In this document: positions 1 to 9,013 of the stretch, one piece after another
Layout of the letters: every line of letters begins with the position of its first letter
Position numbering within the stretch: position 1 is the first letter of the stretch
Origin: Candidatus Bathyarchaeota archaeon
GTDB lineage: Archaea; Thermoproteota; Bathyarchaeia; Bathyarchaeales; Bathycorpusculaceae
NCBI GenBank assembly: GCA_030628925.1
Contig: DAOVQA010000001.1
Span: 1-28,542 of the forward strand
Direction of reading: 5' to 3'
Length of the DNA: 28,542 nucleotides
Notes under the pieces: model-generated
Seen by the model: only the letters and a program-made list of their open reading frames with translations
What the model was told of the DNA's origin: nothing
Databases searched by the model: none
Position numbers and translations under genes: made by a program

Positions 1-204
1 AAGAGCTTGCTGAACACTTGTTAACAAGCCAATGGCTGAGGAATACATCTCTGCATGCTTCACAGAATCCAAAGATATTCCCTTCAGAACTCCTCTGACA
101 GCTGGATTTCCAATCTCGCCTAAGGAACTATTCAACGAGTCGACGATTTCATTTTCAATCTTGATCTGTTCCTTAAGAAAATCTGTCAATTCATCCTTTG
201 ACAA
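1..204 (-). CDS. Ferritin-like (rubrerythrin-type four-helix) protein, truncated by the window edge; not in the ORF track
   Basis: Manual translation from TTG at 204 gives 68 open codons to the edge: MSKDELTDFLKEQIKIENEIVDSLNSSLGEIGNPAVRGVLKGISLDSVKHAEMYSSAIGLLTSVQQAL. GGAGG RBS at 215-211. The E..E helix and DSxKH (ExxH-like) motif fit a ferritin-like fold. Same strand as, and directly downstream of, the flavodoxin. Confidence 0.8.
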   Translation of the reverse strand, partial: MSKDELTDFLKEQIKIENEIVDSLNSSLGEIGNPAVRGVLKGISLDSVKHAEMYSSAIGLLTSVQQAL

Positions 205-231
205 ACATTCGCCTCCTTTCACAAAGATATG

Positions 232-675
232 CTAGGCTTTAGGAATAAATCTTTCCGCAATCTCTCTTCCAAACTTCCTGCACTTTTCAAGTCCAGCCTG
301 GTCCGGGGTATATTTAATCAGAAGCGGAGATTCGATCACGTCCATACCAAACTTGTGTTTCATGATCTCAAGAACCAACCGTGGTGCTTCACCACTCCAC
401 CCGTAAGAACCAAAAGCCGCCCCAATCTTATCTTTTAAGTCAATGTTTTTCACCGTGACTTCCTCGAAAAGCTTCTTCATGTCAACAGTCATGTCATGAT
501 GATAGGTCGGGATTCCAATTATTATAGCATCGAAATTCGTTAGCTCCTCTGGTGTGGCGTAGTACTTCACTTCAACTTCTACTCCCGAAATGGTTCTGGC
601 TCCTTCTGCAACCGCTCTAGCCATCTTCTGCGTGTTTCCAGTTCGACTATAATAAAGAATAAGGATTTTTGCCAT
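232..675 (-). CDS. Stand-alone flavodoxin (FprA C-terminal-like)
   Basis: FMN phosphate loop YYSRTGNTQKMA, GIPTY and GSYGWSGEA motifs. Confidence 0.93.
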   Translation of the reverse strand: MAKILILYYSRTGNTQKMARAVAEGARTISGVEVEVKYYATPEELTNFDAIIIGIPTYHHDMTVDMKKLFEEVTVKNIDLKDKIGAAFGSYGWSGEAPRLVLEIMKHKFGMDVIESPLLIKYTPDQAGLEKCRKFGREIAERFIPKA

Positions 676-692
676 AAAGACCCTCCACGTGA

Positions 693-1217
693 TTATGCAG
701 GGCTCTCCTCAGAAGTTGCTGGCGGCACAAATACCCGCGTCGCAAGTTCTTTGTCAATCATGAACAATCCGTTGCCTTCTTTTCCAACCAGTTTCAATGT
801 GGCAATAATGTCATTGTCGTTTGCTTCTTCCTCGATCTGCTCGGTGATGAACCATTGTAGAAAGATCTTTGTAGCATGGTCCTTCTGGTCAATCGCAAGG
901 TTAACAAGGTCATTGATGCACTTGGTCACAAACTTCTCGTGCTCCAAAGTCTTCTCAAAAATCTCCAAGGGAGAACCAAACTCCATTGGCGGCTGTTCAA
1001 CAGCCATAAGCTTAACCTGTCCCCCCTGATTGTTGATGTAATCATAGATTTTCATGGCATGAGTCATCTCTTCCTGATACTGAACCATAAACCAGTTGGC
1101 AAACCCCTTCAATCCTTTGAACGTGCTGTCAGCAGACATGGATAGATATAGATACGCTGAATAAATCTCCCTGTTGATCTGTTTATTTAGAGCCTCCGTC
1201 ATTCTCTCACTTAACAC
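693..1217 (-). CDS. ftnA: Non-heme ferritin
   Basis: Ferroxidase-centre motifs REIYSAYLY, QEEMTHA, EHEKFVT and QIEEE; 174 aa. Confidence 0.96.
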   Translation of the reverse strand: MLSERMTEALNKQINREIYSAYLYLSMSADSTFKGLKGFANWFMVQYQEEMTHAMKIYDYINNQGGQVKLMAVEQPPMEFGSPLEIFEKTLEHEKFVTKCINDLVNLAIDQKDHATKIFLQWFITEQIEEEANDNDIIATLKLVGKEGNGLFMIDKELATRVFVPPATSEESPA

Positions 1218-1232
1218 GCTATCACCTCCCCT

Positions 1233-2420
1233 TCAATCTACTAGGTTGTGCTGTTTATGCCTATTTAAAATATCATCAGCAAGTTTGTCTAGTGCCCTGA
1301 AATCATCTTCCCTCGGAAAGCCTTTTATGACAACAGGTTCAAGTAACTCAACCTTTAAGTTAGACAGCATCCCCGTGATTTGTTCCACCATTCTGCCACC
1401 CCAGCCATAAGATCCTATTATTGACGCAAACTTCACCTTCGGCCTTAAGGCATTTGCAAGATAGGCCGCATAAACAACATTTGGATGCGGTCCAACTAAG
1501 ACTGTAGGGGAACCTATTACGATTGTAGCAGCATCCACCAAGGCCATTGCCAATTTTCCAATGTCTGTTCCAGCTAAGTCAAACTGCTTCACGGTTACGC
1601 CTTTTTCGACTAAAACACCAACAAAGTATTCCACCATCTTCTTAGTACTACCGTGCATTGAAATATAAGGCAATACAACGATGTTTTTAGGCGGAGCGTA
1701 AGCCCAATCCCTGTATGCTTGAAGTATAAACTCTGGGTTATCATAGATGGGGCCGTGGCTGGGTGCTATCACGTCTATTTGCAAATCTTTTATTTTCTCT
1801 AAATTCTTCTGAATTACTGTTCTAAAAGGCATCATGATTTCTGCGTAATACCTTTTTGCCGCCTCGTAGACTGTTGCTTCATCAGTAACATACAAGTCAG
1901 ACGTTGCAAAATGGGAACCAAACAAATCGCAGGTGAAAAGCATTTTATCTTCTCTTAAGTATGTGAGCATTGTCTCTGGCCAATGAACCCAAGGAGCATG
2001 GATAAACTCTAACGTTTTATTCCCTAATGACAGTGTTCCCCTATCTTCTACAGGCTTGATTTTGCTTTCAGAGATTAGAAGCAAGTCCATGAGCAGATTT
2101 TTACATTTAGGTGTTGCAACGACCATCGCGTCTGGATATACCTTCAATATTTGAGGCAGTGCTCCTGAATGGTCTTGTTCCGCATGATTTGCAACTACAT
2201 AATCTATTGTTTTAACGTCCAGCTGACTCAGGTTGTTTATCAATTCATTTGCCATAGTTGGATCAACAGTGTCTATCAAAGCCGTTTTTTCACTGCCCTT
2301 AATTAGATAAGCGTTATAACTTGTCCCATCAGGAAGCGGAATAAGTTCATCAAAAAGTCGCCTATCCCAATCAACCGCTCCAACCCAGTAAACATCTTTT
2401 TTTAATTTTCTTGGTTTCAT
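1233..2420 (-). CDS. fprA: Flavodiiron protein (FprA / A-type flavoprotein)
   Basis: GTSYNAYLI, diiron motif NHAEQDHSG, HWPET, CDLFGSH, PSHG and a C-terminal flavodoxin domain with GSYGWGG. Confidence 0.96.
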   Translation of the reverse strand: MKPRKLKKDVYWVGAVDWDRRLFDELIPLPDGTSYNAYLIKGSEKTALIDTVDPTMANELINNLSQLDVKTIDYVVANHAEQDHSGALPQILKVYPDAMVVATPKCKNLLMDLLLISESKIKPVEDRGTLSLGNKTLEFIHAPWVHWPETMLTYLREDKMLFTCDLFGSHFATSDLYVTDEATVYEAAKRYYAEIMMPFRTVIQKNLEKIKDLQIDVIAPSHGPIYDNPEFILQAYRDWAYAPPKNIVVLPYISMHGSTKKMVEYFVGVLVEKGVTVKQFDLAGTDIGKLAMALVDAATIVIGSPTVLVGPHPNVVYAAYLANALRPKVKFASIIGSYGWGGRMVEQITGMLSNLKVELLEPVVIKGFPREDDFRALDKLADDILNRHKQHNLVD

Positions 2421-2421
2421 T

Positions 2422-2583
2422 TTATTCTACCTTTTCAAACTGATCTTTTGTTGCTCCGCAAAGTGGGCAGACCCAGTCATCCGGTAGTTCTTCAAACGGA
2501 GTTACCGGTTTTACGCCAGAGTCAGAATCACCCTTTTCCGGGTCGTATATATACCCACAAACAACACATTTGTATTTAGCCAT
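2422..2583 (-). CDS. Rubredoxin
   Basis: [10 protein letters not shown]...WVCPLCGA. The start is placed at ATG 2583 (MAKYK), preceded by a GTAGGTGA RBS, rather than at 2613. Confidence 0.96.
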   Translation of the reverse strand: MAKYKCVVCGYIYDPEKGDSDSGVKPVTPFEELPDDWVCPLCGATKDQFEKVE

Positions 2584-2609
2584 TTTTTCACCTACATTCA
2601 CTTGACGTA

Positions 2610-3026
2610 TCATTCTTTTACATGCTTTAGATTATAGCTTATTTTCACGCCGGCCTGCTCGAAAAGTTTTCCAACTGGACAGTTTTTACGAGTTAGTTCA
2701 AAGATTCTATGAATTCTATTCTCGCTAACATCGCTTTTCACGGTTATGTTAAATTCTGCAGAGGCTATTGTGCCAGTTTCTTCCGATTTTTTGGCGCGTA
2801 GCTCAACTTCCAAGTCCTTCAGTTGAATTCTCATCTTCTTTGCAGTCAACGAAAAAATGGTGGCAAAACATCCAGAGAAGCTCATAACTCCAAGCTCTAA
2901 GGCGGTAGGCCCCATGTCTGTGCCAAGTTCGGCTGGTAGATCCAAACAAAGGCTGTGAGCTCTTCCATTATCAACCGCCACCCTTAAATCCTTTATCAGT
3001 TTAGCCTTCGAAGTTATAACAGCCAA
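2610..3026 (-). CDS. OsmC/Ohr/YcaO-like (OsmC family) protein
   Basis: GPTALEL...SGCFAT and KNCPVG two-cysteine pattern; TTG start. Confidence 0.88.
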   Translation of the reverse strand: MAVITSKAKLIKDLRVAVDNGRAHSLCLDLPAELGTDMGPTALELGVMSFSGCFATIFSLTAKKMRIQLKDLEVELRAKKSEETGTIASAEFNITVKSDVSENRIHRIFELTRKNCPVGKLFEQAGVKISYNLKHVKE

Positions 3027-3084
3027 TCACTTAACATCCTTCTTATTTTGTTATCTTATAGACTATATTATCAAAAAGGGGAAA

Positions 3085-3741
3085 TTACGGTGGAAGTTTC
3101 TTCTTGCACAGGAACCAGTCTACGCATTCATAGCCTTCCTGTAAACGTTTTTCTGCTGCTTCCTGTGTTGCTGGTGGAGGAACTATTACGTCGTCTCCTG
3201 GGCGCCAATTTGCTGGAGCAGCCACTTTGTATTTGTCAGCAGTTTGCAAAGCATCTACGAGTCTTAAAATTTCCTGCATGTTCCTGCCAACATTTAGCGG
3301 GTAGTAAATCATGGCTCTTAGTTTCATTTCAGGATCAATTACAAAGACGCATCTGACGGCTGCGGTTGTGCTTTCGCTTGGGTGTATCATGCCGAAAAGA
3401 TTAGCAACTTTCATGTCCAAATCAGCTATTACTGGAAATGGTATTGTTATTCCAAACTTTTCTTTAATTTTTCTTGTCCAAGCAATATGCGAGAAGACGC
3501 TGTCGATGCTTAATCCTATTAGCTTCACGTTCCTTTTCAGCAATTCATCGCTTATCCTAGCGAACGCAACAAATTCTGTTGTACAAACTGGAGTAAAATC
3601 TGCAGGATGAGAAAACAGAATAACCCATTTCCCCTTGAAATCTGAAAGCCTTATTTTTCCATGAGTGGTAACTGCCTCAAAGTCTGGAACAGTTTCACCT
3701 AATCGCAAGAACGGTTTCTTCTCTTCAACTTTCTCTTCCAT
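3085..3741 (-). CDS. Peroxiredoxin (Prx6/archaeal type)
   Basis: [12 protein letters not shown] peroxidatic motif, YYPLNVGRN and C-terminal CVDWFLC. Likely start is ATG 3741. Confidence 0.96.
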   Translation of the reverse strand: MEEKVEEKKPFLRLGETVPDFEAVTTHGKIRLSDFKGKWVILFSHPADFTPVCTTEFVAFARISDELLKRNVKLIGLSIDSVFSHIAWTRKIKEKFGITIPFPVIADLDMKVANLFGMIHPSESTTAAVRCVFVIDPEMKLRAMIYYPLNVGRNMQEILRLVDALQTADKYKVAAPANWRPGDDVIVPPPATQEAAEKRLQEGYECVDWFLCKKKLPP

Positions 3742-3795
3742 TTTCCACACCTTTCATTCATATTTTAGGAACAAAATATTTTTATCTCAGAGCTT

Positions 3796-3810
3796 CTTAT
3801 ATATTTTTCG
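3796..3810 (-). promoter_or_regulatory. BRE-TATA promoter of the peroxiredoxin operon
   Basis: Minus strand reads CGAAAAA-TATATAAG about 55 bp upstream of the prx start. Confidence 0.65.
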
Positions 3811-3823
3811 TAGGATATTCGAC

Positions 3824-3840
3824 GATAAAAGGATAAATAA
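3824..3840 (+). promoter_or_regulatory. BRE-TATA promoter of the Lrp/Ptr2-like gene (probably leaderless)
   Basis: GATAAAAGG-ATAAATA at 3833-3839, 27 bp before the ATG. The ATAAATA box recurs upstream of other genes in the window (6909, 13345, 20889 on the minus strand). Confidence 0.55.
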
Positions 3841-3865
3841 GTACTAAAATAGGAAAACAATAACC

Positions 3866-4300
3866 ATGGTTGAAGTTGACGCATTAGACTTGAAGATTCT
3901 GAAAATGCTTCAAGAAAATGGAAGACATTCATTCACAGAAATGGCAGGAAAACTAAGGTTAAGCGAATCAACAATCAGAAAAAGGGTTCAATCGCTCCAA
4001 AAGAAGGAGATTATAAAGAAATTCACCGTCGAGATCGACCCATCTAAAATAGGGATTCGTACTACCGCGATAGTTGGAGTTGACGTAGATCCAACGGAGC
4101 TTTTGGAGACAGCTCAAAAGCTCTGTGAAATAAAAGAGATTCGCTCAGTAGCTATATCAACGGGCGACCACATGATTATGACGGAAATATGGACTAGGGA
4201 TGGGCGAGAACTCACAAGGCTGATTTCCGAAAAAATTGGAGCAATTGAGGGTGTTAAAAAAATCTGCCCAGCAATAATATTGGAAAAGCTAAAAAGTTGA
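3866..4300 (+). CDS. ptr2: Lrp/AsnC family transcription factor, Ptr2-like
   Basis: N-terminal HTH (LSESTIRKRV) plus a RAM domain. The segments STGDHMIMTEIW.RDG and KIG.IEG.KKICPAIILE match, from memory, Methanocaldococcus jannaschii Ptr2; orthology needs confirming by alignment. Confidence 0.85.
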   Translation: MVEVDALDLKILKMLQENGRHSFTEMAGKLRLSESTIRKRVQSLQKKEIIKKFTVEIDPSKIGIRTTAIVGVDVDPTELLETAQKLCEIKEIRSVAISTGDHMIMTEIWTRDGRELTRLISEKIGAIEGVKKICPAIILEKLKS

Positions 4301-4316
4301 GTCTAACACACAAAAA

Positions 4317-6476
4317 TCAGGGCTTCCATCTTTTTAGCAGCATTGAGTTTCCAACAACTGTGATGTCGCTGAGTATCATCGTTGCCGCAGCGATTTCAGG
4401 TCTAACCAAAATACCGAGAGATGGATAGAGAACGCCTGCGGCTAACGGAATTGTTAGCATGTTATAGAAGAATGCCCAGAACAGGTTTTGTTTTATCTTC
4501 TGCAATGTCTTCTTGCTTAGGCTAATGCTTACTGCCACATCTCGTGGGTCGGCTTTGACTAGAACTATGTCTCCAGCTTCTATGGCAATATCTGTTCCGC
4601 CGCCAATGGCGATTCCTACGTTTGCTTGAGTGATTGCTGGTGCGTCATTTATTCCGTCGCCTACCATGGTAACGAATCTTCCTTCATTTTGCAGCTTCCT
4701 TATTTGCTCAACTTTTTCAGCTGGAAGAACCTCGGCTAAGACTTCATTGATGCCCAGCTGCTTTGCGATGGCTTCAGCTGTTCTTCTTGTGTCACCTGTA
4801 AGCATGACGACTTTTAGTCCCATCTTCTGAAGCCTTTCCACAGCGACTTTAGAGTGTTCTTTAATAGTGTCAGAAACAGCCAACAGTCCAACTGCTTTTC
4901 CGTCAGTAGCCACGATTAATACGGTTTTACCTTCTTTTTCCAGTCTCTCAATGTGGTCCTCTAACTTCTCTACTGCCACTTTACGGTTTCTCATTAATGC
5001 ACGGTTTCCAAGCAAGATATTCTTCCGTTCGAACTTTACCGTCACACCAAGTCCAGGCAATGCCTCAAAAGAATTTGGTTCAAGGACCTCAATTCCTTCA
5101 CTTTCAGCTTTTTTAACAATTGCTTCGCCAACTGGATGCTCAGACCTTTTCTCTGCAACAGCAGCGATTTTCAAAACGTGTTGCTTGTCTTCAGCGACAA
5201 TGTCTGTGATTTCCAACTCGCCTTTAGTCAATGTGCCAGTCTTGTCGAAAACAACAGTGTCAATTTTTTTCACAACCTCCAGCACTGCACTGTTTTTAAT
5301 CAGAACCCCATTTTCTGCTCCCTTGCCAACGCCAATCATGATTGCGGCAGGTGTTGCTATGCCTAAGGCGCATGGACAAGCGATTACCAAGACAGAAACG
5401 AGAGTAGTTAAGGCTAGTATTTCATTCTGAAAGAAGGAGAACCAAATCGCAAATGCTCCAACAGCAATAACGATAACTATAGGAACGAAAAAGTTAACAA
5501 CTTTATCAGCGAGCCTTTGGATCGGTGCCTTACTTGCCTGCACTTCACGGGTCAACCTCACAATCTGAGCTAGAGTTGTTTCCTTTCCAACCTTCACTGC
5601 CCCAAACTTCAAAGTGCCAGCTTTGTTAACCGTTCCACCAAAAACGGTGTCTCCAACGTTCTTCTCAACTGGAACAGATTCACCAGTTATCATTGATTCA
5701 TCTATGAACGAATGTCCTTTGACTACAACGCCGTCAACAGGAATTTTTTCTCCAGGTCTAACGATCACAATGTCGTTGACCTCAACTTCTTCAACTGAAA
5801 CTTCTCTCTCGCTTCCATCCTGCACTATAATAGCGGTTTTAGGTTGAAGCTCCATAAGTTTCTTAATTGTTTCTCCGGTTTTTTCAACAGCCATCTCTTC
5901 TAATAGCATGCCGAGAGTTATAGTAGTGATCACAACGGCTGAAGCTTCGTAAAAAACTGGGGCGTTAATGAAGACTGTTGAGAACAATGAATAAAAATAA
6001 GCGGCTGAAGCGCTTAAGGCGACAAGCACGTTCATGTCGGCAAACCTGTTTTTAAGTGAATTGTACGCGCCTTTGTAGAAGTGCCACCCTACGATAAACT
6101 GGATTGGAGTTGTTAGAACCAACAACAGAAGATTCTTTTCAGGGAAAAACAGAAAATATGTAATGGCAACTATTGGAATTGTTAGGGCAAGCCCAAAAAA
6201 GAAAAGCATCAACTTTCTCTTCATTACTTTCCTGCGCCTGTCAGCAGACAGGCCTTCTACTTGTTCCACAGCTTCGTATCCAGTTCTCTTAACAGTTGTC
6301 TTTATCTTTTCAATGTTTGTCTTGTCCGAATTGAATCTTACAATGACTTCTTTGGACGCGAAATTCACTTTGGCTTCTGTGATTCCGTCAAGTTTTGATA
6401 AATTATTTTCAATTCGTTGTGCGCATGCGGGGCAGTGCATCCCAAGGATTTGAAGGATAACTTCTTGCTCTTTCAT
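4317..6476 (-). CDS. copA: Heavy-metal P1B-type ATPase, Cu(I)-exporter type
   Basis: N-terminal HMA domain (GMHCPAC), TGES, CPC (IACPCALG), DKTGT, HP, GDGIND, TM YN and MxxS motifs. Confidence 0.93.
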   Translation of the reverse strand: MKEQEVILQILGMHCPACAQRIENNLSKLDGITEAKVNFASKEVIVRFNSDKTNIEKIKTTVKRTGYEAVEQVEGLSADRRRKVMKRKLMLFFFGLALTIPIVAITYFLFFPEKNLLLLVLTTPIQFIVGWHFYKGAYNSLKNRFADMNVLVALSASAAYFYSLFSTVFINAPVFYEASAVVITTITLGMLLEEMAVEKTGETIKKLMELQPKTAIIVQDGSEREVSVEEVEVNDIVIVRPGEKIPVDGVVVKGHSFIDESMITGESVPVEKNVGDTVFGGTVNKAGTLKFGAVKVGKETTLAQIVRLTREVQASKAPIQRLADKVVNFFVPIVIVIAVGAFAIWFSFFQNEILALTTLVSVLVIACPCALGIATPAAIMIGVGKGAENGVLIKNSAVLEVVKKIDTVVFDKTGTLTKGELEITDIVAEDKQHVLKIAAVAEKRSEHPVGEAIVKKAESEGIEVLEPNSFEALPGLGVTVKFERKNILLGNRALMRNRKVAVEKLEDHIERLEKEGKTVLIVATDGKAVGLLAVSDTIKEHSKVAVERLQKMGLKVVMLTGDTRRTAEAIAKQLGINEVLAEVLPAEKVEQIRKLQNEGRFVTMVGDGINDAPAITQANVGIAIGGGTDIAIEAGDIVLVKADPRDVAVSISLSKKTLQKIKQNLFWAFFYNMLTIPLAAGVLYPSLGILVRPEIAAATMILSDITVVGNSMLLKRWKP

Positions 6477-6874
6477 TTACGAGACCTTCTAACCGTTATT
6501 AATTGGCAAATTCCGCATTTTTCAATGTCTATTGTTGGGTCAAATGCTTTATGCAATTTGCACATTAAGCCTTTTTCTCTAATTGTACTGCAGATTTCGC
6601 AAAACATAGAGATGAAGTCTTTAAGCGGTAAGTTTCCTTTGGCTAAGGATGCTGCTAGGTTTTCTATCAAGTTTGTAATATCACTTTCGTTTTTCAAATC
6701 AATTGCTTTTCCACGCTTCTTTCTGAAGTAGAGACTTATGGCGGGTTGACTGACTCCGAGAAGCTTGGCTGTTTCCACTTGTTTTAGTTTATGTTTTGTC
6801 ATGAGTTCTTCGGCTATCATGGCTCGAACTGCAGGTAATACGCATTTTACTGCAACTTCGCAAGGAACCAACAT
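6473..6874 (-). CDS. Cys-rich archaeal HTH transcriptional regulator (COG2522-like)
   Basis: PCE..VK.VLPAVRA N-terminus, HTH ([18 protein letters not shown]) and C-terminal CxxC-x9-CxxH...CxxC. Overlaps the copA start by 4 nt. Confidence 0.85.
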   Translation of the reverse strand: MLVPCEVAVKCVLPAVRAMIAEELMTKHKLKQVETAKLLGVSQPAISLYFRKKRGKAIDLKNESDITNLIENLAASLAKGNLPLKDFISMFCEICSTIREKGLMCKLHKAFDPTIDIEKCGICQLITVRRSRK

Positions 6875-6920
6875 TAAGATACACTTCAGTTATAGTTTGC
6901 AGAAACGCATAAATAAAAGT

Positions 6921-6936
6921 TATTACAATTGTAATA
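6921..6936. promoter_or_regulatory. Perfect 16-bp palindrome TATTACAATTGTAATA, candidate operator between divergent promoters
   Basis: Exact inverted repeat read from the sequence, immediately downstream of the ATAAATA box (6909-6915) in the 86-bp divergent gap. Confidence 0.7.
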
Positions 6937-6961
6937 TTAAACAAGTAATTGGCGATTAAAA

Positions 6962-8185
6962 ATGATGGAAAATAAGAAGAACATGCTGAGAGAACTGATC
7001 AAGCAGTTACATGCTGGGGTGTCACCGTTAGAAGTTAAGGAAAGGTTTAAACAAGTTTTGGAGGGTGTAACCCCTTTAGAAATCAGCAAGATTGAACAAG
7101 AGCTCATTGAGGAAGGAATGCCCAGAGAGGAAATTCAAAGGTTATGCGACGTTCACCTAGCCGTTTTCAGGGAACAACTAGACAAACAAAAACTGGACAT
7201 TCCTGTTGGACATCCAATCAGCATTCTCATGGAAGAGCATAAGATTATGTTGCGACTTGCAGAAAAACTTGAAGCCATTGCTAATAAGGTTCAACAAGCC
7301 AGCGACATAAGTTACGTCAGCGACGAAATACATAGTCTCGAACATATAGCAGAAGACTTTCAGGACTCAGAAAAACACTATTTGCGAGAAGAAAACGTGC
7401 TTTTCCCTGTTCTGGAAAAACATGGGATCACAGGGCCACCTTCAATAATGTGGACGGAGCACAGCCAGATTAGAGAGAAAAAGAAGGAACTTCACAATAT
7501 AACTGAAAACCTTGACACTCTAAAATTTCAAGATTTTAAGGATCAACTGGGTGACATCGCTGGAGCTTTAGGCACCCTTCTTTCGAGTCATTTTTTCAAG
7601 GAGAGTAACATACTTTTTCCTACAGCTTTACAAGTGATTACAGACAATCAGTGGAAAGAAATTAGAAAGGAATTCGATGAAATTGGATATTGTTGTTTTA
7701 CGCCCACACAGGTGATTGCAATGCGAACCGAAGAAGTTAAAAAGCAAAAAATTGAAGAAGCAATTGAGGCTGAAGGGATGTTACAGTTTGAAACTGGTTC
7801 TCTTTCGAAAGAGGAAGTTGAGGCTGTCTTAGATTCGCTTCCAGTTGACATATCATTTATCGACAAAGAAGACCGTGTAAAATACTTCAACAAGGCTGAG
7901 AAAAGAATTTTTGTTCGAACAAAGGCGGTTATCGGAAGAAAAGTGCAACTATGCCATCCACAGAAAAGCGTTCACATTGTTAATAATATCCTTGAAGCGT
8001 TCAAAACAGGCAAGAAAGATGTAGCGGAATTCTGGATTAATCTGAATAGTCGTCTAATTCACATAAGATACTTCGCAGTAAGAGACAAAAACGGAAAATA
8101 TTTGGGAACTACAGAAGTAACACAAGATATAACTGACATCAAAAAAATCAAAGGACAAAAAAGACTCCTGGACTGGAAAACCTAG
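6962..8185 (+). CDS. DUF438 + hemerythrin-like + PAS_10 domain protein
   Basis: N-terminal LCDVH (DUF438), hemerythrin-like EEH / HYLREENVLFP / EH / HFFKESNILFP, and C-terminal PAS with GRKVQLCHPQKS. Confidence 0.9.
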   Translation: MMENKKNMLRELIKQLHAGVSPLEVKERFKQVLEGVTPLEISKIEQELIEEGMPREEIQRLCDVHLAVFREQLDKQKLDIPVGHPISILMEEHKIMLRLAEKLEAIANKVQQASDISYVSDEIHSLEHIAEDFQDSEKHYLREENVLFPVLEKHGITGPPSIMWTEHSQIREKKKELHNITENLDTLKFQDFKDQLGDIAGALGTLLSSHFFKESNILFPTALQVITDNQWKEIRKEFDEIGYCCFTPTQVIAMRTEEVKKQKIEEAIEAEGMLQFETGSLSKEEVEAVLDSLPVDISFIDKEDRVKYFNKAEKRIFVRTKAVIGRKVQLCHPQKSVHIVNNILEAFKTGKKDVAEFWINLNSRLIHIRYFAVRDKNGKYLGTTEVTQDITDIKKIKGQKRLLDWKT

Positions 8186-8609
8186 CCACAAATCTTAAGG
8201 GAACAAATGATACACACTACCAGATAGTATTCCTAAAAGCTACCAATTGATTTTATGAGTTACGTACCCAAACGTTGGGATAGTAAGATGCTTGCATCTT
8301 GAGAAAATGTTATGTTGCAACAAGTCAAAAAGCCAAGCATTCTGAAAGCAACAGGAAGGCAGTTTGAAGAAATGGAAAAGAATCTAAAGCGCGCGCGAAT
8401 TTTGTTGTTTTTGAATTCCCCGAATGGACGACAGTTTCTACCATAAAAAGCGAAACCATAAGCTATATCAATTTCCAAGCCAGAGAGCACATAAATAGGC
8501 TCAAAGAAATCCCTGAAATAAGTGATGGCTTGTTTTCTCCCACTTCTTTTCAGTGCGACAACATGTGAATATGAACCAAATGATTTATCTTTAAGCATGT
8601 TAGCGCATG

Positions 8610-8934
8610 CAGTGCAAAAGGAGTGATGAAATCTTGGAAAACCAGATGTCTCAAAGTCCACTTTACAATATTCCGACATTGGAAGGGTACAATGGAATAT
8701 CACCGCACCCGCGATCTCCTGTACGTAAAGCAGATCCTTGGACACAAAAGCATCCAGAACACAATGATATATATCCAATATGAAAAAGCACTCTTTGGAA
8801 CACCGGTGAATGAGGAGTTTACAGTCAAAGTCGCCACAAACATACAAGAAGCATACGCGCTTGCAGAAGTCAGCTTCGAATAGGTCACCGGAGAATACAA
8901 TGACGGCGGCAAAATCTTCAGGAAACAAAAATAA
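8610..8934 (+). pseudogene. Decayed tyrosine recombinase/integrase (C-terminal remnant)
   Basis: Reads ...FRHWKGTMEYHRTRDLLYVKQILGHKSIQNTMIY (RH, LGH and catalytic Tyr retained; the His of HxxR reads as Thr). After the in-frame TAG at 8881-8883 the frame continues VTGEYNDGGKIFRKQK* to 8934, resembling the usual integrase tail. No N-terminal half is recognisable. Confidence 0.85.
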
Positions 8935-9013
8935 AAAGTACTAAGGTTCGTTAAGAAAAGGGTAAGGTTTATTCGAGTGAAAAGACATTCTGCATGATGC
9001 TCCGCGTAGTAGG

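Noticed and set aside
32-438. Plus-strand ORFs 32..235 and 229..438
   Set aside because: Antisense shadows of the ferritin-like fragment and the flavodoxin, both of which have clear motifs or an RBS.
3046-3084. TATAG-A-CTATA palindrome upstream of osmC
   Set aside because: Short, AT-rich and not repeated in other promoters; not distinguishable from chance.
8599-8928. N-terminal half of the 222-aa minus-strand ORF
   Set aside because: Lies antisense to the recognisable integrase remnant; Cys/Phe-rich with no motif.
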